Part shown: positions 14,449 to 26,300 of the stretch, piece by piece
How the letters are laid out: the number at the start of each line of letters is the position of its first letter
How positions within the stretch are numbered: the first letter of the stretch is position 1
The notes under the pieces: model-generated
The model's input: the letters and a program-made list of their open reading frames with translations, nothing else
Told to the model about the DNA's origin: nothing
Database searches by the model: none
Assembly: GCA_051362555.1 (NCBI GenBank)
Contig: CM120643.1
Span: forward strand, 13,056,644-13,120,643
Direction of reading: 5' to 3'
DNA length: 64,000 nucleotides
Origin: Lingula anatina
Taxonomy: Eukaryota > Animalia > Brachiopoda
Program-made: the position numbers and the translations under genes

Positions 14449-17400
14449 ATGGCCTTTTCACCCTTACCGTCCACTCCTGTTCGACCAGGGCTTCAAGTGC
14501 TACCCGGGCATATTGTTGTGAACAACAAATGGATTGGTAGCGAAATTGTTGGGAGTTTAACAGGTATTTTTTTTTATTCTGTATTGATCAAAGCTGGGCT
14601 CGGAGTCGGTCACCGCAAACAGTCTCTATATCGTAATGCTCATCTCTTTGGACAACGTCTAATTTAGCACAATCATGAGTACGCACACAATTATGTTTGC
14701 TTATATGTACTACATGTGCTAACACATGAAAGATAGATGTATAGACAAGAATGAAGTAATTTTTTCTTCAATCAACAGCATAATGTTGAAATAATTTACC
14801 TCCAATATTTTGATGTCTAACAGAGCGTCGATATGTAGACGACTGTAAAATGACACCATGTTGCAAATCAGCGCTTTTTTGGTGAGAAACGTATTTTTCA
14901 TAAAAGATCATCATCAAAGCAGCCTCATCAGAATCATATAATCAAATTGAATCAAATAAATCCATTACTGACCTATCCTGAAAATATTATCAAAATTGTT
15001 CATTTAAGCTATTTACTTACAAACCAACAACTGCAAAAACATAATTAACCTAGTTTCTTGTCTTTTTCTGTGGGCAGTCATATTTTACTATATGTATTGT
15101 GCTGTGTATTAATGTAGATTTCTTTTACTATAGTTGTATGAATATTTAAAGCAAAAAAAAAAAAAAAAAAGAGCACTGTGGTAAGATGTCTTGTGTAGCT
15201 AAGCCCTCTTGCTGAAAACTAGTGATTTTTTAGTCTTTTTTTTTTGTCCTCATCCCTGTTTCCTGGGGTGATAAGTCAGAAATACAAGGATGTTCCAACT
15301 AATGAACAAAATTTGCATAATACATTTGAAAAAAAAGAAATCATATAACTTGTCATCTTTAAGTCATACCATTTTAAATGTTGAAACTATTAACAATGTA
15401 TTTATGATTTCAATTCATCAGGTAAAGTCCGTATTATCTATGAAGAAAACCTTGGTGTAGTGGATTTCCATCCTGCATCAGATGTTGGCACCATCTATCT
15501 GTCAGAAAGTGAACTAGTGACCGGTACCACTTATAGAAGGAAACTAGTCAAACTAAGAAAGGTACACCTACATGTACTTGTGACACTTACTGAACAAAAT
15601 TTTTCGTGTTAAAAAAGAAAGGAAATCATTGTTGTGAGTTATACATTATTTGAATACAAATGCAGTTTTCACCACAGTGACTACAATTTTGTTTTCATTT
15701 TTACATGAAATAATTGCTAACGTGCCTTATTTTTAACATCTACAGTGTTGAATTCACATAATAAGATATAATTTGTAAGCATTAAGTCATTTTTCGTGGT
15801 CTCAAGTGATTTGAATTGGTGCATGGTCTTATTTCATTTCAGTCTAGTGGTCTACGTGGCACAGTGTTAGCAGAGAAGACTTCTCTAAGTTCCCAGTATT
15901 TCCCAGCTCTGCAAAAGTTTGCCGTGCTTGAAATTGGGCTCATCTTGTTTCCTGTAGCCAATCAGAGAGCTGCTGGACAGCTACTGTGGCAGATGGTAAA
16001 TGAATATTAAATGAAAATGTTACAATTTGTCACATTATTAAGTTATTTCGGTCTTATCATAGTAGTATTCTTGTCTGTCACCAGCTGCTACTGTGTGGAT
16101 CTTTGTACTTCAAACAGCTTTAAACAGGCATCCAAAACACCAGATTTTCTATTTTTACCCTTGACTAAGATGGTTTCTATTTAAATTATTGTTTTTCTTG
16201 TTATCAAGAGCTTATAAAATATGTGGGTATTACCTTCAATATTTCTGTGACTGTCAGTCACCATCAACAGGGAGTAAATGACTGTAAATGAATGAGGTAA
16301 TACCCACATATTTTATAAGCTCTTGATAAAAAGAAAAACAATAATTTAAATTGATACATACAGAGCTAATGGAACTGTTCTCTCATAAAATGGTTTCATT
16401 TTAATGTTTTGTGAGAGAGAAGAAATAAGTTATGATAATTACTCTTATCTTTTCAAAGGACAAAAATAATTGAACTTTCAAATACATAATTTTATAATCA
16501 CAAAAATTTAATTTCTGTAAAGCATTTGTGGTGCCTTCACTACATAGAATAGAACTATAGAGTAGCATGCTTTTTAATTTTGTTGCTACCACTCAATGGG
16601 AATGTTCTAATTTTTAAAGAAATTATGACCTAAAAAGTACAGTATCTGTAAAATTCACAAATTTCCCCCATTGAAAAGATGAAGTAATTACCGTATTACA
16701 GTATTAGAATTCAGTGAATTATCAATGTGTATTTCCTGGTTAAAATATCAAAGTAACTTCTTAATCCATGGACAAACCCAATCACAAAGCCATTAAAAGT
16801 TGCATTTTATATTTTCCAGGTGGTAGCAGAGGGTAAGAAGTCTAGTAATCCTTTCCTGTCCAAGGTGCTGACATCTCCCCTGGATACCTCTGTCTTGAAC
16901 ACAGTACAACTCATTCCTGGCCTGGGGGATATAAAGGCCAAAGCTCTTCTGGAAAGATTCAAATGTAAGAAGATAATAATACTTTGTTTTCAAAATTTTT
17001 TTAAAAAAATTATTTTCCCATGAAGGACTGCCTGATGATGATGATGAAATCTCAGTGTCAATTTATAAAACAGTTCATAAGTCCATTTGCTCAGCATAGT
17101 TTTTTTAAGCATACTGATAGTCTAGGGCACACTATGCTACAGTATTGATAGATCTAAGGCAAATACAAGTGCAAAAGGAAAAAAAATGAATAAAAATTGT
17201 CCTAGCTTAGATGTTTGTGCAATTCAATTCCTAAATTTTGTGCAACATTTGACAGATACGTTAGAGGTTTCCCCATCAAGCAAAACACATTAGAACTTTC
17301 ATCACAGGGGCAGATCCAGAGATATTTTCTAACAGTCTTCTAAGTTATTGTTGTTGATCCATCCTCCATTTTTGACCATTTTCATACAGACAAAATAAGA

Positions 17401-18662
17401 TAATAGTCAATGTAAACTTGAAAAATTTTGAGCATCTTTTGGAAGACCCAAAAGACAGCTTCCATCCGCCCATGCATCATGTTATTTTGTGCACTGAGAT
17501 TAAGGACTTACATTTCTGCCTGACACAATGAAGTCTTTTGAGTTATTTTTATCTCATCTAGTGCAATGACATACATTTAGCACACAATTTCACAAGTTTT
17601 TTTTATCTGTTTACACCTACCACAATTAACATTAACCGCAATCAGAGTTGTTATCCTATCACACCTCACACAATTCCCTATGCTGTGCTTGCCTTTCTCA
17701 TCTGGCTGTATAACATTTCATTAATTTCCACCCTTTTTATGTACAGACACAGATGTGGTCAGGAGTGATCAATCTTATTGAAATACATGTAGAGTTCGAA
17801 AATCAGCTTGATCTGACTGTTTTTCCAAGGTTATGCTTTTTTTTCACTTTTTTCAACATATCCACATACAGATAACATGAAAACCATGTCATATTGTGTT
17901 ATTTTGTAACTTACAAGAATGATTCTTACAATTGAAATACAGCTCAAATTGGAAACCAGGGTTAACATTTCTTGAATTTATGCAACTTTTTGTGAAATAT
18001 TCATTTTTCTTATTTTGGCATTTTCAAAGTGTGAACTTGAACTCTCATGGGCCTGAAGCCTTATGATAGTTGCACATTTTACTTACATCTGTTTTACCTG
18101 TTGTGCATAATTAAAGTTTGGTGTTGACATTGCTGTTAAGCATAATTTATTATCGCATCAGAATTGACAGTACAGTGAAGCCTATTTTCTGTTTTTTATC
18201 TGTACATTTGACAGCTTTGCTGCCTTGTTTCAATATTCCCCTGAAAAAGTGGTGTTAATTTGTTTATATTACTACATATAAAGTTATCTTATTTACTCAA
18301 TTTCATAGTAAAAGAGAGTTTCTACAAACATTTTGATACAGTGTCATTTTTTTCAGCAATTAGAAACATTTGTAATGCGGATGTGGCGGTAAGTAGTATT
18401 ACACTTTAGGAATTTTTTCCAAATCTGAAGTCTTCTCTGTTCTGTAAAAAAGAAGTTTATACAGTTATTGACTAAAAATTTATATTTAAAAGAAATAAAG
18501 AGCACAACAGAGCTACTTTAAATAAAAACGAAAAATAGATATATTTCATATTGTTTTATAGTCACAGAATTCATGTTGTTATTTAAGGAGTTGACTGCTT
18601 GCATAGGCAAGACGAGCGCCTTTAATGTCAAGTCGTTTTTCCAAGAAGCAGGGCCCAGTTGA
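14449..18662 (+). CDS. FAAP24: Fanconi anemia core complex-associated protein 24. Exons 14449-14563, 15422-15561, 15843-15995, 16820-16964, 18357-18388, 18588-18662
   Basis: The spliced product contains VLPGHIVVNNKWIGSEI, YLSESELVTGTTYRRKLVKLRK, EKTSLSSQYFPALQKFAVLEIGLILFPV and the HhH motif TVQLIPGLGDIKAKALLERF. This matches the degenerate ERCC4 + (HhH)2 architecture of FAAP24. Introns are GT-AG and phase-consistent; stop TGA at 18660-18662. Confidence 0.92.
16179..16351. repeat. Long inverted repeat in FAAP24 intron 3
   Basis: Arms 16179-16235 and 16295-16351 are 57 bp with one mismatch; the spacer is 59 bp. Confidence 0.85.
17734..18229 (+). mobile_element. Internally deleted copy of the HINE-like element found at 55.5-60.4 kb (FAAP24 intron 4)
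   Basis: Same 5' end (TTTTTATGTACAGACACAGATGTG), one to two degenerate ~160-bp units (GTTCGAAAATCAGC) and the same 3' end (TCTGTACATTTGACAGCTTTGCTGCCTTGTT). Confidence 0.8.
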
Positions 18663-20972
18663 CAATCACACAAATCAACACCATTATTAGTGTGAACTTC
18701 GGAATCCCCGACTAATTAATAATGAGTGAAAAACAGGACGCCACCCAGGTTGGAATGGGTCGCTTTCAGTAAAGAGTTGAAGAAAAGGTTGTGTAAGGAT
18801 AATTGTGTTATCTTTCCCAGATATCCAGATACCACAATATAGTTCTTATGATGATTATCCCACATATCTGTGGCGGTATTACAAGCCGGGAGGCCTGTTG
18901 TGAAATAAATTATCATAGTGTGAAATAGATGTTTCATAATTTTTGTGATGGAATCAATAGTGGGGAAGAAATTTATTTCAAAGAAAGATCAGGAAAAGAC
19001 AATTATAGGCGACCCCGATCATAGAACTCATCTTTTTACCAAAGGAATTTTCTCTATTTGTATTTCCCGCTGATACATGTGTTCCAGCCTTTGTGCTGTT
19101 AATACATTCTGTGATGTCGTAAGGTATATGACGCGAACCCTAATTTGAGGGGGTTTGACTTGAAAAGAATTGATCTACGATTTATCAACTCTGTCACATT
19201 TCAAAATCTCAGAAATTCCCAACAAATAAACAATTTTAAAGGTAATTATTTAAGAGGAATCAAATACGTAAAAGGATAGGGAGTTATTGAGTGTAAGTTT
19301 AATTTCTTTAAGAGTCAACAGATGGAATATGTCAAAGTCGCATATAATTTGACTTGATTGGTTAATTTCTCAATATATTAAATTTTGTAAGTTTCTGCCA
19401 CGCATGTTAAACACATGCAAACTAAGGTTAAATATGGTCCAAGCATGATTAATTCAAATAATATTTTTAATAGAAAACAAATCTCTTAGAAATTGCCTAA
19501 TAAAGAAATGTTGAATGGAGGAATGCAACATGAGAATGGAAAATTCTCATTCTCATGGATGAAAACAAGTCAGTGCGTGATCAGTACGGAGAAATAGAGT
19601 ATTAATGCTTGTGAATTTGTATGAAAGAGAGAGTTGGTGAATAAATTTCTGAAAGCTTCACATCGTCGTTATTGTCACTACATAACACATCTTTCTTCTT
19701 TTTGCTAATTCAAAAGCAGATTGAACGGTCGCGTGCATCTCTTGCGTCATTTACTCACAAAGAGTAGTACTTTTTAAGCAGGTGCATCGGTCTCATTACC
19801 AAGTTTTTAAAATTATTTTAAGGTATCTTCATCTACATATGTCCCGCGCTCAGGGTCGACATCCCTGCTTGAAATGTTTCACTGAATCAGTTTGCGGACG
19901 CGTTTCTTGGAAAGTAAAGGAGGAAACGAGGTCATGTGTCTATGGAGAACAGTTGAACTTCCTATTACGGTTGCGTCTGTGACGTTGTTCACGATTTTAA
20001 CGAAAACGATTTGGAGTCTCTTTGAAACGCATTTATTTCGTTACGTCAGCTCGCTTGTTTAGTTTATTGTTAGTAGGAATCCCGCTTTGATGTATCATTG
20101 TCAACAAGAAATGCTGCGTTGCGTGTTATTTAAAGGGAAAATAGACAGTCATTTGTTTTCCAGTCGAGTTCCTGATATGATAATATATTAATAAGCGAGC
20201 CGAAAATAGATGTCGCTAATGACTGGTCCAATAACAAGTTCGTCGCGTTTTTCCGCCCAGTGCATTGAAGACAATTAAAGTAGACGGATTTTTATTGCAA
20301 AGTATCGATTAGTTCGAGACCTTAATGACACACACAATGCTAATGTTATATACAAACGAAGGAGAAAGAGAGAGAGAGAGAGAAGAAAGTTTTTTCTTAA
20401 AAATTTCAGTCATTTTCTCTTTACCCGCAAGGTAAACGGCGTTTTGGTGATATAAATTCTTAATTTTTACCGCCACAAGGGGAATTCACGAATCTCATTG
20501 TCTCCTTTGCGACTCTGTGGATACTTTTGCATATGGTATATCTTCTTGATTCAGGGAAAAGTGTTGAAACATCGTGGAAAGTATTTTGTCATATAAACGT
20601 GTTACATTTATAGTGTGCATTTAATTACCACTTAATTACCTTTCACGTCCAATGGACTGCTTGCTTTTATGTAGAAAAAGAAATTATGCAGGAAAGGGGA
20701 TTATTCACTATGAAAAATGGTCGAATTCTATATTTTTTGGATGGCTTTTAAAGTAGACCTATGTATCACTGACCCTTGTCAATTTATGAAGACAATTCCA
20801 TATTATTCAAAAAAATGAACTGGCCAGCAGTTCGTTTAATTTTGCGGGTTGGTAGCCGATGGTAATTCATTCATTTGTTTTCACCTCCCTCTCTGTCTGT
20901 TTGTTAGGCCTACTTCGAAATCTTTTGATTTTTTGTTCGTTTGACACTAGCGGAACTCAATAAGTTATGCAT

Positions 20973-21029
<57 letters not shown>

Positions 21030-23311
21030 CGCGTGTGCGTGCTCTCCTCAGATGCCGTATTCTTTGACTGTGGCAAGCATGGCACACCAAATTTGTCAAT
21101 CCTCCGCCATTTTGATGAGCTGGAAGAGTGGTAGTTTTGCTCCAGTCAGCTAATGCATGAATAAACACGTTCTACGTTTGCGCCTTTGCCTTATCCTTCT
21201 GAATTGCCACGTGGCAGTGAATTTTCATAACGCAGTTGCCTTGAAACTGCAACAACTGTTTCCTGATTGCTTTAATTAAGCCCAGGAGCCTTTGATCGCA
21301 CAGCTTCGTTTGTCCAGCTGAATCTTAATATTCTTCATAAAAAATACATCTCTGTTAATAAGTCTTATAACTTGACAGTCCGACATACGAAAAACTAGAA
21401 TACTAACTGATTGTTGGGTACCGTAGAAAAGAAGCCTGACGCAATGAAAAATATTTTAAGAAAAAGAAAGCTTAAAAGCGAACGAACGATGCGCCATTAT
21501 CGGAAACGCGCAGAGTGGTTTCCCTTGTCGAGAAAAATGACAATCGGATCGGACGACATAAGACGTTTAAGCAAACCCCAGCCCTTCTCTGCAACCGCTC
21601 GGTCAGAGGCGGACGACACCAGTAAATTGAATGAAAAGCGACAATCGACCATCTCACAACGTACAGGCATCGGGCGAGAGTGACTGTAGCCGAAGTTTGG
21701 GTTGTAGTAACTAGGTCTTTTCTTAATCAAGTCGGTCCGTAACCAGCAGTTCAAAGGGGGGGGGGGGGGGGGGGGTCTTTTCCTGAAAATATTGGTCCTT
21801 TTACTATGAAACATCTGTGAACCTAGATCAAATTTTATCCAGACCGGACCTTTTCCTTGCAAAATGGGCTGTTCGTTCGATTGACACACCATCATAAACA
21901 GATATTCGCACATATACATGTAATCTCTGCATTTATAGAGTAATATACGTCTGCAATGACTTACAGACTTGTCATTTATTGTGAAGTTTTTTTTTTACCA
22001 AATGGTTGTACTTTGGCTTTCCCATTTTAGGCTGCATCTCTATATGTATAGAGTAGTATGTCTGCAATGAATTATTTGGAACTACCAACTTTTGTTGAGG
22101 GTCATATATTGTAAAAAGATGCTTCATTCATTAAATAGGATGTCATGTCAGTTGAGAGCGTCTTTTAGTTTTACGCAGCACACAGAAACACACAAGGTGG
22201 GAAACTGTAGTAAAATGTAACATCACTTTACAGCAGAGACTGACGCGGTCATTCATGCCTCGAAATCTCCGAATTCTGACATGTGACTAACTTTATTAAG
22301 CCCAGGCTTTCATTCTTTAAAACTTTTAATTGTTATCATCGATTTTTAAAAGACTAATGACTGTCATAAGTTACGAAGAAAATAAAATTAAATTTAAAAA
22401 AAAGGATGACAAAAGACCATTTGAAAAGACAATGTATATTTATGGCTACGGTATAATTACACCATAAGAGGTCGCCCAATATCCGGAAGTACCACGCCAT
22501 TAATTCGTTCCCTCTGGTTCCAAGAATATTCTTTGAATTGGTAAACAAAGGATAATTTAAAGTAATTGCTAATGTGACCTTGCCCTGTGCTTTACGTCAG
22601 CTGTGAGACAATCTTGCTATTATGTGGTCTTTTAATCCACTGGCTGTTTATGTATTGATGGAGCGGCTGTATTGGCAACAATAAGCAACAATTTATTTTG
22701 TAACCCAATTATTCCCCCCCCCCCAACCCCACGCGCGTGTGCGCACTTTTTTGCACCCTGCATATGAGTCTGAATGTAGCGACTGCATTTTTAGTAATGA
22801 ACATATAGTGTGCATATGCAAAATAAGATATAAAGGCCTGGATTTATAGCCACGTAGGATAAACGAGATCAACCGGATCTACAACGTTATGCCCTGGTTT
22901 TTATGGAACTGTTCAATCCTGCAGCAATTCCATCACCCTTGGGGACTATACAATACAACCCAATTACGAGCATTACCATGAACAGGTACACACAATACAT
23001 TCTATAGAACGCGACAACTTGTATTTGGACTCGCCTACACTTTACTAGAAAGAAGGTTAACGTTAATAGGTACGTGGCATGACTATATGGCAACCAAACC
23101 AATTAAAGGCCTTGATAACGCCCTGCACGCCCATTTACGTTTTTTATTGGTCATGCAGCGACGCCGATGACAGTTTCCATCGTGCTTTGACTCCAACCTA
23201 GAATTGAAACCAACCAATTGCGGCGGTCACAGATGACGGTTCTCGTGTTTTGGCAGGCAACTTCTACACCAAACGTTCAGAACTGTCAGTGACAACGGCA
23301 GGGGTGCTAGC

Positions 23312-23320
23312 TATATAAAA
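23312..23320 (+). promoter_or_regulatory. Candidate TATA box of the GPCR gene
   Basis: TATATAAAA lies ~70 bp upstream of the GPCR ATG. In-frame stops just upstream of that ATG argue against an earlier coding exon. Confidence 0.4.
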
Positions 23321-23385
23321 GACGTCGATGACAGTTTTCGCTGTGACACGGTTTCAGATCCTGCTGAAGGGAAAGCCGCGTTACA

Positions 23386-26300
23386 ATGACCCTTTCAATG
23401 GCCATCATATTCTTCATTGTAGTTATGGGTGTGCTGATGGTGCTTTCGGTCGTGATGAACATTTTGGTTCTGGTTGTGTTCGGCAAGCAGAAGTCCTTAC
23501 GCAATGCTACAAATGCTTTCATTTGCAACATAGCAGTCAGTGATGTGCTCTTCGCTGGAGTTGTACTTCCGCAGAACGTCCACGATCTCACCCACACGCA
23601 CGGCTATTTTGAAGGTAGGTTATATCCAGACACTGATGTGTTCTTGCTAGAAAGGTTATATCAGCTGATTTCTTTATGCTTAACTGCTGTACAACTTGTG
23701 ATTTATTCGTGGCCATAAGGATGTCATCTTGTTTAAAGATTTGAATTTTGGTAATTTGTACAGTATGTTTTAACTAATAAAACTTATTAATCCAATTTAA
23801 ATTGGGTGATTTAAGAGAATTTTCTATTGTTCTGAACACTAAGTGCATTGCTATTCAGAAATTGTGGTTTAAATACCCACAGTCTATATATAGGTTTATG
23901 CGTTTCACCAATAAAAAATTATATGATTTATAAGCTGCCATAATCTCCAATTAGAACTGTCACCACTGCGGATGGAACAAAGGATGTTGCATGATAATTA
24001 TTGATCAATAAAAACGTTTAGTTCAAATAAAGAGCAACATTATTATCTGGATTATTTGACTTTTACAAAAAATTATTTCAGATGTAGTCCTTGCATACAT
24101 TTTCCTCAGGTAAAACATTTCCCTTGAAGTATCCCAAAATTGCCTCAGACACATATATGCATAAAAATAAGAAAGTGTTTGAAAATTAAACGCCCTTTTG
24201 TATAAATTCCTATTAAGCGTTCCTTGACCTAACAATACTCAATAATATCTGTGGGCGAGTTACACATGCACTAAAGGGGAAGGTCAGAGACCGCTGACTC
24301 TTTAGAATACATATTTATTATGTATATCCGAGGGGTTACATCAAGCAGGTGGCAAGTTTAATAAAGGCCTAATTATATCTGTTGTTAATGCATCCAATAC
24401 ATGACTCAGTATTGTGCGGATGTAATTATCTCGTTTTGATCTTGTTGTTTCGCGTGTACCGGAGACCGTTGGAATGGTTAAAAAACAGGATATTGACATG
24501 TTGATTAAGAAGCTGGAAAAACAGTAGCTAGCTAAAATGTGAAAAAATATCTTGCTGGGACGCTATCCACAAGTTTCAGAAAGCTCAAGGCGAAAGAAAC
24601 CCGTGCTGAAAGCCTACTGCCTTCTTTCTTATGTGTACATCTATAGTAATTGTTTAGAAAAATTTGTGACACGTACAGATCCCGTGCATGTAAATGAGCA
24701 TACATTTACATATATCGTTCAAAAATGTTTGTTATATTATTTAACATTTTCGTAATTAAGGTGACCAATAACAATAATTTGTTTTCACAAACCTAGAATG
24801 AAAGTCGTTCACGTTTGACACGAAACACATTTTGAGGTTTATTTGGTAAGCAAACAATTTAAAATGCCAAAACTTTAGGCAAGAGCACGTTTGGAGCCAA
24901 TGTGTTCATATCTTATGGCACATCTCTAGTTGCAGTCCATAAGTAGCAGCAGGTGTTGTAATATGTTGAAAAACTTGTCACAGAATATCTCAAATAAATT
25001 TTTATGTTTTACGTTAGGTTTAGTTGGCATCACCCACGTTCCCTTTATGCAACACTTTATTCTGTAGTTTTAATATCTTGTTTAGAGATTTGTCTGCAAA
25101 CAGTCAAAACTACATTAATTTTTTTTGTTTAAATTAGCAAATGCTGGTATTCACTTCTACGGTGAGTATCTTTTTATTGAAGATCTTATTGAAGCCTTTA
25201 AGATCAAAGAAAGAACACATAAGACAATGAACAGATAGGCCATGCGATTGATACCTAAAAAAATTCAAAAGACTCTTTTTAAAAGGCACAGGTGCCCCAT
25301 AGAAAGGTTTATTACCTATAACAAATAAAACGTTTATGGCTTGCGGCTCACAGATACTAGAAATCATTCTTCAGTTCATGCTAATGGAGCACGCTAATGA
25401 ACTCTTTGGGAAGTGGTGATTTTTTTATGCTGCCAAGATAAAGACTGTTAAAATGACTGAAAGGAATCGTTCTTTTCACATTGTTCACAACTGAAATATC
25501 AAACTAAGCCGCGGGGGGTGTCTTAACAATCCATCGGAAGGCAATAACTAAAACTCTTTCAAGAGATGATTTAAAGCATAACGATATGCATCGGAAGGTT
25601 TGAAAGGTTTAGAAACGTTTTTTTTTTTTCAGTGAATAATAAGATTTGATCAACGCCTTCTGGTGTATGAGTAGAAGATTTATGAACACGGTTGCGTATG
25701 ATCGATATGCCGGTCAATCAGGGGTCACTCCCAATGAAACTACCGTTCTACGAAGATCCATCCTACTCCGCGGGGACTCTAGCTGAATGCAGTCAAATTA
25801 ACACGCCTCCTCCTGACATTGAATAGAATACAGAAAATCTGGCGATTATACGAGGCTGTTGGAAACAAGATGAGGCGAACTGCCGTGTTTCCTGCTCTTG
25901 ATGTTTGCAAAGATAAATATGTCAATAACACATTATGCTTATATGTATCGATAACAGCCAAATTATCTTTGTTGTGTCGAAAATTAATCCGTCTATTTTT
26001 CAAAGCAACCGTTAGTCCCATTAGTATAAATGTAACCCAGGAAATGTGAATGTCTTTTTTTCTGTTTACAAATTTTATACAGCCCATATGTTTCTGAGAA
26101 CTAGAGAAATTGGAAAATATACTGCTGCAATCAATGTCACTAACGTTACTGGCAAAGATTTTATCATCATTGATAGAATATGCTAAAAATGTACTACGTT
26201 CTGCTATCGACAACTTCGCCCGTAGAATTCAAGTGTGCCTTCAACAAACAAAACACATTTGGACCATATTCTACAATTGACTTTTTTGGGGTCACATTTA

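Noticed and set aside
18716-19100. Minus-strand ORF just downstream of FAAP24
   Set aside because: No recognisable domain or consistent splice structure; it is likely FAAP24 3'UTR or flank.
21411-21919. Cluster of overlapping ORFs upstream of the GPCR
   Set aside because: No homology signal, and it spans a poly-G run; probably repeat-derived or regulatory DNA.
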